Counted from the stretch's first letter, positions 11,691-24,139 are shown. The stretch is 46,098 nt of DNA from Guillardia theta CCMP2712 (GCF_000315625.1 NW_005434421.1:1-46098), one strand, 5' to 3'. Translations and numbers: made by a program. Notes: a model not told the origin generated them from the letters alone.

Positions 11691-13629
11691 TCACATGACG
11701 AACTCTGAGCTCAACAGCACAGTGCAGCTCTGATCTTTAGCTCGGCATGATTGCTGTAAACCCCGACGACCTTGCATGCCGATTCTATTGAGTCGCAGAT
11801 CGAGAATGCGAAGCGAGGACAACCTTGAACAACATCAGGAGAATGCAACAGAGGAGAAACGTGAGGAGCAGGAGGAGCAGGAGGAAGCGAAGAAGGAGTC
11901 TCTCACTCAAGAGTTTCAGCAAAACGGAGGGCCCCTTTATCTCCCACGTGGTTCTCTACCAGACTCAACACAGCCAGGGACTTGCAGGAGGTGAGAGCTT
12001 CTGCAAGATTGTTACAACACACGATGCCTGGGATGAAGGTCAGACCTGCAAGTGCCGTCGCTCCTTCATCCATAATCCTGTTCTCCCCCTGAGGCAGCGA
12101 GCCGTCAGAAAACTGGATGACGATGAACAGCAGAAAGATCAAGTATGAAATATGTCAAATGAAAGGAAACGCTGGAACAAGGCAAGGCATGGCAACTTCA
12201 GTTCTCTTGCACTTCACCAGTTCCAATACTTGTAAGCGGCTTTGTCCAAGAGCTCTGGACATCTGCAGGGCCCCGAAGTCGGAAATGACATTCCTGCCCA
12301 AGTAGAGCTGGGAAAGATCTCTGCACATTTGAACGATCTCTGCACATGAAAAACAATCAGACGAATCTCCGAGGTGTTTTGAAGTTCTTGCTATTCACTA
12401 AGTTAACAAACATTTCATGTGTTTTGAAATTGCATTTTCATCGCATTAACAAACATCTTATCCACCTGCAAGCTTGTGTACTCCCTTGTCACTGATGCTG
12501 TTATCATGAAGATCCAAGAGGTTAAGAGAAAAATTCTGAGACCTAGGGAGCAAATCATGGGCACGAGAGTCAAGATCCTCTCGCCTGCACCTCTTGATCG
12601 CCTCAAGCATCGAGGAGATTCCAACGTCAGTGATGGAGTTAGAGGAGATTGAGATCATAGCAAGATGCCGACAACTGATAGAAAACATCAGGTCAAGACG
12701 TCTTCACGCTCGAAGTCCTCTTGCCTTTTGAAGAAACTTTGAAATGCTTCCATCCCGCGGTCTCCGAGCCCGTTGCAAGCCTGAAAGTGACTAAGTGGAC
12801 GATACGCCTCGTCCTCCTGCTTACTAAATCAAGATGAGAGAGATAGGAAAGGTTGCAGAGAGTAGGAGCGAGAACGTGCAGTCCCCCGTCACCTATTCCC
12901 CTCCTGGAGTGAAGAGGATCCAGGTAGGACGGTAGTGCCCCTCTAGTCCTCATCATGTGGTCAAACCTTCTCCACTCCTTATGTGCTCGCGCTGGTTCCT
13001 TCCTCTGCATGCCACATGCTGTAAGCTCAACGAGCCTTTGCCTCTGACTCTGATGGAACCACCCGCCACACGCATTGTGACTGGTTGAAGAACACGATCA
13101 GCATGAAGCGCCGTCGCTCCTCCCCTCACCTCAAGTCCAAGCTGATCAAAGACTTCAGATCGACGATCGCTATGAGATTCGAAAGATCGTCCGCGTCGAT
13201 GGAGTTGAAGGAGAGATCCAGACATTGCAGAGTCGAGCAGTGCTGGAGGGAAGCTATGAGGGGGAAAAGATCCTTGCATGAAAGCTTGTTTCTGCTCAGG
13301 CTGAGGCTGCTGATCTGACGCATCTTGAACCCGGCATGGAACAACCTGCAAAGAAGCTCGACAGCATGCGGCCCACTCCCTCCCAGCTGCAGGCTCACGA
13401 GTCGATTCATACTCATCAGCACTCGGACGGCACTCGTAAGCGCCTCGTCGCACTTAGAAGAATCGAAACTGCCAGTCTGAGCACAGACCAGGACAAGAGG
13501 AAGCCTCTCCCCCTCCATGTCCTTTCCTAACGCCCCTCGCAAAAGTTTGGCCACTCGGAGACCAAGGAGGACGCGGCTGCCTGGCCATAACCGGAGGAGA
13601 CATTCCTCCGGAAGATCGAGCAGCCGCAT
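11691..13629 (-). CDS. RNI-like leucine-rich repeat protein with F-box-like N-terminus (multi-exon)
   Basis: Starts MRLLDLPEECLLRLW. Repeated LxxLxLxxNxI units (LQCLDLSFNSI, LLDLHDNSISDKG, LSLVENHVGDKG, LDLRLNRIG). Confidence 0.82.
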
Positions 13630-13844
13630 CCCTGTGAGCCTTTTCGGCGGATCAGAGGGCAGCATCAAAGTGGGTGAGAGCGGAGGAGAAAGAAAAGCAG
13701 TCAGCAACGAGAACTCGGCTGCATCTTAAAGAGGAGGGAATGAAACCGAGATAGCTAGGAAGAGTGAGGAGAGACGGAACAGGTTGGGTTGGCCGGTGAA
13801 AAACAGTTGCAAGATCAGGAGGGAGCAAAGAAAGCACCCAGTTA

Positions 13845-14120
13845 TGAGGGAGGAGGGAGGAGGGAGGAGGGAGGAGGGAGGAGGGAGGAGGGAGGAGGAG
13901 GAGGAGGAGGAGGAGGAGGAGGAGGGAGGGAGGAGGGAGGGAGGGAGGGAGGAGGAGGGAGGAGGAGGAGGAGGAGGAGGAGGAGGAGGAGGAGGAGGAG
14001 GAGGAAGGGAGGGAGGGAGGGAAGGGGGAGGGAGGGGAGGGAGGGAGGGAGGGAGGGAGGGAGGGAGGGAGGGAGGGAGGGAGGGAGGAGGGAGGAGGGA
14101 GGAGGGAGGAGGGAGGAGGA
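13845..14120. repeat. Pure-purine (GGA)n/(GGGA)n tract
   Basis: ~275 bp containing only G and A. Confidence 0.95.
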
Positions 14121-14289
14121 TGAGTTGTTTGTGTTGTTGGTGAAACAAGGCAGGGGACAAGAAGTTTGTCTCAATCTGAGGGGTTTAGCTCAACATATCT
14201 CACTAAAAAGCGTTTAGTTTGGCTTTTTGATTTTCACTGTCGGGCGATGCGGCGAAAGGTGCGAAGACGCCTAGGCAGAGGCTGGAGAG

Positions 14290-14490
14290 AAGGGAGAAGA
14301 GGAGAGAGGAGATGATGAGGACGAGGAGGAGATGATGAGGATGAGGAGAAGATGATGAGGACGAGGAGAAGACGAGGAGGACGAGGAGGAGGTGAGGACG
14401 AGGAGAAGACGAGGACGAAGAGGAGATGATGAGGAGGAAGAGGAGATGATGATGATGAGGAGGAGGACGATGAGGACGAAGAGCAGAAGA
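14290..14490. repeat. Degenerate GAG/GAT/GAC trinucleotide tract
   Basis: Low-complexity repeat visible in the sequence. Confidence 0.8.
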
Positions 14491-14823
14491 TGATCAGCGA
14501 AAGGTGGGGTAAAGAACGACAGGGAAGATGAAGGGAGATCCAGACAAAAAGGACAAACAAGAAACTGAGCTGAGTGTGAAGGAGGTGAGAAGAATCCATA
14601 GAGAAATGACGGTACAGAGCTAGAGGAGGTAGCGGGTCACTGAGATGTAGACTGAAGACATGGAGAGGAAAGACTGGATGCAGATGGGGATCTCTGATTG
14701 AAGAGGATTGCGTGGTCACAAAGAGGGCAAGCGGGGTGATGGAGAGGGAGGGAGAGAGGGAAAGGGTGGGAAAGGGATGGTAGGCATCGGGAGCAGAATC
14801 AAGAGGAGCAACAGGGAGGGGGA

Positions 14824-17800
14824 ATGACGAGGAAGGGGAACCATCAGGCGAAGACCGTCAGCCATGAGAACAAGGAGGAGCCGGCTGGTCAGTCACAGCC
14901 GCAAGCAGCTCCTATCTCAGGCCTCCTCGTATTTACAGTCATGTGAGTATGCTGGCTCTGTTGCCTCGTCGCTGAGTTTTCCCTCTGCTGTCCAGGTTCT
15001 CTTGCCGTCTCCTCGGAGCTCTCAACGTTCCGATACTTGACTGTGACGAGATGTCGGAGGAGGGCGGGAGAGTGAGGGCGAGGCAGGTGACGAGGTCTTC
15101 AACTACTGGGAGCCTCTTCATTTCTCGCTCTTCGGTGAGATCAGCTCAGCTTGTCACCAGCTCACCAACGAGACAGGGAGAGGCTCGAGGACATGGGAGT
15201 ACAGCCCGAGGTTTGCTCTGCGAAGGTGTGAGAGGGACAGGTGCTGCTGCTGGTTTGATCATGATGTCCTGCGCCAGTTACTTCTACATCTTCCTGCATG
15301 CGGCTCTTGTCATGGTGATGACAAGTACTCACATTCAAAACTGACCTCAGGGCTTGACAGGCAGCAGAACCGTTTCTTCATCTTCTCTCCCCTTTCCTTT
15401 CAAAACATCTCATGCGCAAGAAACTTCTCTTCTACGCTCTACGTGCTCTGCTGCTTTCTTGTGTGCTCGTCTCACTCTGCTGCTAGGAGCAACTCTTGCC
15501 TGTCTGAGCTCCGTCTGCGACACCAAGCTGTTCCTCTCCGTTCGCAGGTTGCATCATCCAAATACGTTCAGCTCAGTCACTGTGATGGTACTCGAGTCTC
15601 ATTCGAGTTCTGTCGTTCACCTCGTGCACCAGCTGTTTCTTTCTTGCAGCACTGGACTCGTGTTTGCGAGGTTGCTCTGTTTTGTGAGCTTCACCTTGTT
15701 GATGTTTTGTCAGCTCTGCGCTTCTCCCCTCGTCGTTCGCCATGTGTTTGATCTCCTTGGCCTCCTCCTCTCTTGCCGACCTTGTCAACCGCGAGGTTCA
15801 CTCTCAGCGTTGACGCGTCAGCTGAGCAAATAGCAGGCACTTCACAGCGAGTCCTCGCTCAGAGATCGAACGATCCTCTGCATGGTGAGCTTGCGATTCT
15901 CAAACCCTCATCCCCCTCCAGTCCTCCGATCCTTTTCCTCTCTTGAGCATCATCTGCATCCGATCATCGCTTCTGTGTCTGATATTCCCTGCGCCTTTAC
16001 AGGCCATTGCAGCCCTTGCGGGATGGCCTTTTGTTGCATTGTTGGGTAAGAGCGCAGCATGGAGATGGAGATGGAGATGGAGATGGAGATGGAGATAGAG
16101 ATGGCACGATCGTAGAAAGGATGAAGATGGGGATGAGGATAAAGATGAGGATAATGTTGGAAGCGACAGTGCTGGTAGTGAATACAGAAAGGAGACAGGG
16201 GTGGGGAGGAGGGAAACAAGTGCTGGAGCCTGGAGCGAGATAGATTGAAGGTGCTATGACTGATTGATTCAGCCCTTCCTATGGCTATTCTTCTTCTGCA
16301 TTTCTTCACCTTCAATGAGCTTATCCTCTCTTCGATCAAGGTTTCATCTCCTCTTCCTTGCTCGCCTCATCCTCCTTGCAGGCATCGCTCATTGTTTTGA
16401 CACCTATGCTACTTATTGAGTACTTGATGTACGGCAAGTAAGGCGCCCGAACCAACAATAGATTTCCTTCTTCTTCCCCCAACACAACAACTGCGCGTGT
16501 AACAATCATTCAGATTTGTGTTACCTTCGCTCCAGATTGTTTTATACAACGTTCTCGGTGAGTTTCGCCTCAGAGTTTGCTTGATCTGATGTGCTGATAA
16601 GGTGTTGGCGGAGACTCAACCTTGTACGGGACAGAAGAGTAAGACGGCAAAGGGGCTACAGGGAATGATGTTGATCACAGATGGTGGTTCTACTTGGCAA
16701 ACTTGACTTGTAGCTTCTCTTTTCCTATCCTCGTTCTGACATTCTTGTTCTTGATCTCTGCTTTTCCTTCTCCTCTTCTCCTCTTCTCTTCTCCATAAGT
16801 CCCTTCCCCTGCTTTGTCCTTCTCATCCCCGCATCTGGTTGATGTTTGCTGAAACTTCACGGTAGTGAACTTCAATGTCATTTTCCCCCTCTGCTTGCTA
16901 TTTCCGCTCTCAAGGCTTCTCACCGCCAGCATGTCAGTGAATTGACTTCGACGACTCATCTTGATGATGAAGACAGAGAGAAGAACGCAAAGATGAAAGA
17001 CAAGATGCTGAAATCTCTCCTCGTGTTCTCTTCTGCACATCTCTGGATCTTCTTCTTCTCATGTGTTTGCTCGTATTTTCCTCTGCTGCTGTGTCTGAGA
17101 CAAGAGCAGGTCTGGCGCACAAGGAGGAGAGGTGGGAATGTCGTAACATGACGAAACAAGCTAACAACAAGAAGATTCATTTTCGCAGTTTATCCTCTCA
17201 TCGCTCTTTCAGCCGGCCTTGCGCTCTCCGACATTTCTCTTCTCTTCTCTCACTTCTTCTCGTCTGCATCAAACGCAAGCAGCAATCAGCTGCTCTTCAG
17301 AAGTTTCCGACTAGACAAGCTTCTTCACATATCAATCATCTTTCTTTTCTTGCCCGTCTCTTGCTCGAGGTCCGAACAAACTCACGAGGAGGATATTGAC
17401 AGCATGCTAGGCTGCTTCTTACTGTCAAAGGATTCACCGCCCCCTTCCGTGTTTGGGATCAAGTTGTCCTCACATCATTCAGAACTCTTCTCTTCTCTTG
17501 CTTTCTTGCTCTTGTCTCCCTTCATCGTCCTCGTCCTCGTCTCTCTCCCTCTCGTCCCTTCGCTCTCTCTCTCACTCGCGTGCAGGTTGCAAGTGTGGAA
17601 GTTCCGCCCTCGCTCACTTCACGACCCCTCAAGGTTTTCCCTCTCCTCCTCCCCTCCTCTCTGACGGGTAACAGCTCTGCGTGGGGAAGGAGTGGTACAG
17701 ATTTCCAAGTCACTTCTTTGTGGAAGGTGAGGGAGCAAGGAGGGGAGGGAGGGAGGGAGAAAAGAACAGAGAGGAGAGGAAAGGCATTAGTAGATCCAAT

Positions 17801-18693
17801 CATTGAATGCTCGGTGAGTTAGTGGAGTGGGAATAAAGGAGGACAAGGTTTGCGAGGGCGAGGACGAGGAGGAATGAATAGATCTCTTCGTGCAGGAAAC
17901 TGGACGTCTGTTCGCTTCATCCGCTCAAAGTTTGATGGGCAGTTGCCGGGTCTCTTCTCTGAAAGTGAGAGAGAGTGCTACTTGCTCCTCTTGCTTCGTC
18001 CCTTCTCCTCCTCCTCGTTTTCCTCTTTCCTTCCCTGCCCCCCCTTTGCTTCTTTCTCTCGTTCATCTCCTCCTCATCATCTTCATCGTCGTCCTTGTCT
18101 TTCTCGGTATGCAGCTTGTTCTTCTCACGCCATGGTCGGTCAGGCTCGGGCAGCTGGTGGGGGCGAGTGGAAGCAGCGAGGAGAGAGGACGAGACCTTCA
18201 ACAGCAGGAACGTGCAGGACACGAGCAGGTGAGCGCGAGGCGGAGACGCGAGGCTGCTCATGCGCATCAGACTGGAGCGAAGTGAAGACTGCGCGCTGCT
18301 GGTGGATATGGTGGCTGCTCATCAGCAGGAGGAACATTACGAGGTAGGGCGAGTTGAGCCAGCGCTAGGAAGCCCAAGAGAAGGAGGAGGAGTTGAATGA
18401 GAGGTGAAAGGATGGGCTGACTGGTTTCTGTAGGAGAAGAAAGGTTGGGAGATAGTCTACGAAGAGCCTTTCCTCGATGTCGCTTCATCGCGATTCCCTT
18501 TCAAGACTTTTTATGTGCTTCACTTTCTCCATTCCCTGACTCTCCTTCTCTCTTCCACTCCCTCCCTCCTCTCCCTTCTTATTCTCAACTCTTACTCTTC
18601 TCGCAGCTGCCATGGATGTTCGCTCGCAAAAACACTTTTGGTCGGTACATTCTCCTCAAGAATGTCAACATCTTGCCTGCTAGCAGACGATAA
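14824..18693 (+). CDS. ALG9: Dol-P-Man alpha-1,2-mannosyltransferase ALG9 (GT22), many short exons
   Basis: Spliced motifs in order: ILDCDEVFNYWEPLHF (~15035-15120), TWEYSPRFALRSY, AGWPF (~16020), YGK, IVLYNV, LYGTE, WWFYLANL.LNFN, HKEER (~17118), CVGKEWYRFPSHFF (~17680), RFIRSKFDGQLP. Confidence 0.93.
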
Positions 18694-18848
18694 AGAAATA
18701 TTCTCGTCTTCATCAACACGACCAAAATCCCCTCCTTCACCTCCACCACCACCACCTCCTCCTCCTTTCTGTGCGTTTATTACGGAGAGTCCAGCAATTA
18801 GCTTGCAGGGTATCATGCGGGAAGATCGACTGGTACAAGGCTGACAGC

Positions 18849-19014
18849 TCAAGCAGCTGCCTCTCCCTCCTTGGGCTGCTCGCCCTGTGCCGCGCTGCCA
18901 TGGCCATGAGCACGAGAGGATCAAGGGGACGTGACCATACCCTGGGATCCAGCTGGGCATCTCAAACTTGGGCATGGCAAATCCTCCTGCAACCGTCATC
19001 ATCTCGCAGCTTGT

Positions 19015-19062
<48 letters not shown>

Positions 19063-19134
19063 ACTGCTCCTGTTTCTGCTCCTCTTCCTAATTCTGCTCC
19101 TACTCCCGTTTCGCCTGCTCCTCCTCCCGTTTTG

Positions 19135-19184
<50 letters not shown>

Positions 19185-20158
19185 CGCTCCCGCTCCACTA
19201 TTCACCTTCGGCCTGTCCCTCCTCCGGCTGCTGCTGTGTATCCTACATGAGAGATGAGGGGAGAAAAGCAGGCGAGGAGAGGCAAACCCAAGGCATCTTC
19301 GGCATCTCGATCTTGGGCATCTGCAAACCACCTAGGGAACGACGTGAATTTCAGTCTCCTGCCTTTCCCATTTCCATCTCTCCTCCTTCAACCTCTCCTC
19401 TCCTCTTCCTCCTCCTCCTCCTCCTCCTCCTCCTCCTCCTCCTCCTCCTCCTCCTCCTCATCATCATCATCATCATCATAAATCCGGCATCGTCACCTTG
19501 TTGATCACCCTCCGGTTGCGCATCCTGTGCAGACAAGTGGGTCAGAGGAGCGGAAGGAGGAAGGAGAGTTGAACCCAAGGCATCTTCGGCATCTCAAACT
19601 TGGGCATGTTCAGTCCGCCTGACCAGCGAGTCAGCAGGCTGCTGGAGCATGAGGATGCAAGTAGAGGCACCTTGATCCTGATTCTCCTCTGCTGGTGCAT
19701 CCTGCCATCTTGACATCATCATCCTCTCTTCACGCTCGCGAGCCTCACCCACGGCATCTTGGGCATCTCAAATTTGGGGAGCTCCAGGCCTGCATTCACC
19801 CTTGCGTGAGCTTGACACCTACGCAATGACAATTGCTGGAGGACCAGGGCTTGTTGCCGCTGCTCCCGCGTCCTCCCCCTTGTTTTCTGTGTCCTGACAG
19901 CAGTTCGTCAATTGTTTCCTCCTTGGCTGAAGCCTGCCTCACCCATGGCATGCGCGGCATCTCAAACTTCGGCATTTCTGGCATCTTCATGTCGAGCTAC
20001 TCAGATCACATCAGCCACTAGAAGCGTTCATGCCATTCATCGAACAGCTCACCTGCGGCATCCCCGGAATACCGCTCCTGTTGTCGAAGACTTTCAGGAT
20101 CACAAGAAAGAAACGCAAGGAACACTCACTGCTCTTGTTCTTGTTGGGGTTCCGAAGC
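18849..20158 (-). CDS. Novel low-complexity protein with five G-x-x-(M/L)PK(F/I)EMP(K/R)MPW-type repeats; 5' end unresolved
   Basis: Canonical GT-AG splicing of micro-exons gives one open frame: ASEPQQEQEQSGIPGMPQ LDMKMPEMPKFEMPRMPW DTENKGEDAGAAATSP GLELPKFEMPKMPW DAPAEENQDQ GGLNMPKFEMPKMPW DAQPEGDQQ GGLQMPKIEMPKMPW DTQQQPEEGQAE GGFAMPKFEMPSWIPGAAQGEQPKEGEAAA*. Confidence 0.8.
19015..19195. repeat. (CTCCTG)n intronic microsatellite
   Basis: Two hexamer runs within an intron of the repeat-protein gene. Confidence 0.9.
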
Positions 20159-20809
20159 CTGCAAAGATCAAGTCATCAGGTTCGAAACTACAACACCGAC
20201 CAGGTGAGTGAGGAGAATTTCCTCTCACATCCTGGGAAGATTCTCCGGTGTAATAGCACACTTGCTACGTCTACTACGTCCTTTCAATGTCACTTCTCCT
20301 TCACCTGAAAACTCCGCAGTCCTTGCAACCATCAAAATGCAATCGCTTTTCTTTATGAAATGGTTTATTCTCAAGAATCCCAATCCTCATCTTCCTCACT
20401 CGTGCCTGTTTGATGCCGTAAACCCTCGCCGATTTTCACTCTCTCCTCCTTATACAATTGTTTCCTAATCTTGTCACCATTTTCTTTGAATAATCCCTCA
20501 TCATCATCATCACATCATCTAGTCTCATTCTGACTCTTGATCGTTTTCTTCACTTCGATCCATCACCACATGATCTACTCTCCTGGCAATCTTACTCCTT
20601 CTTGGAGACGCTACCTCCGAACGCTCCAGTCTGAATGATAAATCCCTTGCGACACTTCTTTGTTCTACATGAGTGGCTTTTTTCTTCCTGTCGTCATTTA
20701 CCCTGGAGTGAATGAACTCATCGTCCACATCGTCCTTATCGCCATTGCCCTCGCCCTCGTCCCATCCACCATCCATGATGTTTCCCGGCTTACCTGCATC
20801 TTCTTGTAC

Positions 20810-21190
20810 CACTTGGACTACCCACCTAGCGAAAGGCAATTTTGTGGACCCCCTACCCTTTAACTTACAGTCATCACACCCCCTACTAGTAGACAACAAA
20901 TCGCCATTGTTGAAGACCTACCCCCTTTTCCTCGCCACTTTGCCGAGGAAGTGTACCACCACCCTACCCCTATCGTTACTTTCTTACTGACCCCTACCCG
21001 TCCTGAGTCTTCATCGAAAGTTTGCTCTACCCCTGTCCCCCTATGCAATTTGGGGACAGGGGTAGAGCACCTACCAGATGTGACCTTTAGCAAACTTTCA
21101 AAGTTCCAAACATTCGAAACTTTAAGTGCTGAATGAGGGCCGAGACTAAGTCTATGAACTCGCCGAAGTTCAAACTGGCCCGGCCCACCG
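20810..21190. repeat. ACCCCT-rich tract ending in an AAGTTC/GGCCCGGCCC motif cluster
   Basis: Shorter version of the composite tract seen at 3100-4050 and 38330-41900. Confidence 0.45.
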
Positions 21191-21194
21191 ATTC

Positions 21195-21568
21195 ATTCAT
21201 GTTTCAGATCATTACAGCTCTGTTTATTCATGTTTCAGATCATTACAGCTCTGTTTATTCATGTTTCAGATCATTTATAGCTCTGTTTATTCATGTTTCA
21301 GATCATTTAGAGCTCTGTTTATTCATGTTTCAGATCATTACAGCTCTGTTTTATTCAAGTATTCAAGATTCAGATCATTACTAAGTTAGAGCTCTGTTTT
21401 ATTCATGTTTCAGATCATTTAGAGCTCTGTTTTATTCATGTTTCAGATCATTTAGAGCTCTGTTTATTCATGTTTCAGATCATTAGAGCTCTGTTTTATT
21501 CACGTTTCAGATCATTACTAAGTTAGAGCTCTGTTTATTCAAGATTCAGATCATTTAGAGCTCTGTTT
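21195..21568. repeat. Minisatellite, ~11 units of ~31 bp (AGAGCTCTGTTTATTCATGTTTCAGATCATTT)
   Basis: Eleven TCAGATCA cores counted. The right-most unit overlaps the SOD stop codon. Confidence 0.95.
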
Positions 21569-22744
21569 TGGGCTGCTTGAGAGCCTCCTACAAATCAAAC
21601 GCATCAGGCGAGGCTCGCATTGACACTTCAAGAGTCGAGCATGCGGTTATCACCTCATATCGTGCTGCAGTCGCCTTCCAGTCGATAACATTAAAGAAGC
21701 TGCTGATGTACTCAGCCCTCTTGTTCTGGTGCTTCAAGTAATATGCTGATTGAATCGTCAAGCCTCGTCCTTGAAGAAAAGCTCGCAAAACTCACCATGC
21801 TCCCAAAGATCCAAGCCTAAGATTGGAATGTGACCAACCTGCATGGCTGGAGTGTCCTGGTCTAAAATTCAGAACAGCATTCTCAACCACCGAAGCAGGC
21901 TTTGCCTGGTTAGGAGTAGTCGTGATGTACAACCTCTTCGTAGAGTGCTCCAACACCAGCTAGCTCTTGACTCAGAAGAGAAAAGAAGATGAGCAGCTTT
22001 ACCCATGTCCACCCAGATCCGAAAAGCTTCGTCGCTTTTTCGCGAAACTCTTGAAGAAGCGCCTGAATACTTCCAAACTGCGCAGTGACAGCTTTTCCAA
22101 AGACATCTGAAATCCAAGTCGGGCAGGCTCCAACATGTCATTTTCTTAATTACCATCCATCTCGAATCGGGTCCCATTGGGAGACATGCACTTCCAAAAT
22201 AGGAAATGATTCACAAAACCCCCACCTCCATTTCTCACTGGCCGAATCGTGTCAATCGAAATTTGGAGCGGGGACTTCTCACATGGAGTGACATGTTCAG
22301 TCGGTACTTGATCTAAGTTCTGCAGTAGCTTATCGATCCCCTACCACAGCGTCACACATTTGCAGGACTTTGGCTATCAACGTACTAACCATCTTGGCCA
22401 GCGGTTTTGTAGTTTCATTGGATCTAAGCATCGAAAGCACATTGTTCACAGTCGCCAAGTATGCTACAGTGACAGGAAGTCAATGTCACAGCGAGGAGGG
22501 AACCTTCCAACCTGCATGGTGACCTAGATGATGTACCCGCATCGTCTCCTCGTCCACATGAGGCTCAAGACCGTCGTACTCGTATGGAAGCCTCGGAAGC
22601 TCCAGGTTTTGAGCGAGAGACTGGAGAACAACAAAGTTACCAACAGTCTAAGAGGGGAAGGTGGGGAGAAAAACTGTATTTCACCCAAGGATGGAATCTA
22701 CTGACCTGGGCCAAGAAGCATACACATACAAACAAGACCTTCAT
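21555..22744 (-). CDS. SOD: Manganese superoxide dismutase with signal-peptide-like leader and C-terminal KTEL
   Basis: [80 protein letters not shown] plus NQD indicates the Mn type. Last exon 21555-21587 reads [10 protein letters not shown]. Confidence 0.93.
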
Positions 22745-24139
22745 CTATGGGAAAAATTTAGTTCAAGGTCAGTCGAAACAGGAGGACGCTGTATGGTGAA
22801 TGGCCATGAAAAAAACTATGCGACATATTCCTGTCCTTTCTCCTCAATTTTCGCCTCGCCCATCCACCTTGCATCAATCACAACCTCCTGTTCTTTCGTT
22901 CGTCATTCCTCTTCTCGCCACAATTCTCTTTAACTGTCAATATCACATCCCGCTACTACTGTTATAATGATAGCATCCTTTCTTTCCTAATCTTGTCAGT
23001 TGCTGCTGTCTGTCAATCGCTTTTGACAATATTCCTTCCTCTCCACTAAACTTACCCTTACCTAAACCTTACTCTTGCCGTCTTGCTCTCCTCTGCTAGT
23101 GCTACTCCTCTCCTTCACCCCAAGCACTCCTCTCCTCTCCATCACGTTCTGTTCAGCTTTTCTACAGTCTCTCACCCTCCCCTCCTTCTTCTCCTCCCAA
23201 TCCACCCATTGCCCTTACCTTCGCCGCTGCCATCATGGATGAGGTTTTCTGGAAGCCAGGCCGTTTCTAGGATCCAACGTGTAAATAACGGTTTGTAACG
23301 CAGTGTTTGACCGCAGTTTGACCATCGCCATGGAGGACGTGCCAGGGATGCGGCAGGGGTGGAGGCGATAAAGACGCAGGAGGAGCGCGAGAGCTTTTCT
23401 TGTGTGCTCTTGCTTCCCTAGCATCCATCTTTCCTCTCCCTCTGCTCCATTCTTGAGATTATCTCCTCCTCTCTCTTCCTCGTTCTCCTACTCTCCAACA
23501 GCAGCCCCCGACTACCACCCTATTCACGGCTTCCTCCCTCCGCCCTGAGGCTTCTCCTCGTCATTCTCCTGCTCCTGCCTTTGCCCAGAAATTCCACATG
23601 TACCGTATGTTCTATCACGTTCACATTTGCTTTCCTCCTCAACGCTTCATGGCCGCCCTTCTCTCCACCACTTTTTGACTCGTTGGGTCACCCTCGTTCG
23701 TGCTAGACTCTTAGTTTCTAGTTTGCTCACTCGCTCGCGCGCTCATCATACCCTTCTTTGCATAGTCATGATATGATTGGTAGCGCTGTCTTTGTGTGCT
23801 GTAAAATCTCTCTTCCACTACTCTCCCACTCATGAGGTTTCAAGATTTTGACTGGTAACTTTAGTCAGATCTAAAACTCGGCTGCCTCGCATTTGCCTTC
23901 TTTTCTCACGCGCCCTCAGGTCTGGTTAGCATCCACATGATTCGTTTGCTTGGATCTTCAAATGCGACGAAGGGAATCAGGCATTAAACAGCAGACCTCC
24001 GCTTCACCCAGCCTCCTCCCCTTCCTCCCCTGCACCTCCTGGTCCCATCCTTCCCTGCCACTCCCTGCCCTCCATCCAGCCTTTCTCTCCTCGCTCTCTT
24101 CTCACATTCCTTGCTTCATCTCTCCACCACAACGGCTTC

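Noticed and set aside
13726-14719. Pro/Gly/Glu/Ser-rich ORFs
   Set aside because: Translations of purine microsatellites.
15354-16400. Minus-strand coiled-coil gene
   Set aside because: The region is explained by plus-strand ALG9 exons.
21195-21568. CRISPR-like array
   Set aside because: Units are contiguous with no unique spacers, the context is eukaryotic, and there are no cas genes.
23830-23880. Hairpin, possible SECIS or ncRNA
   Set aside because: Imperfect stem only. No selenoprotein upstream and no family features.
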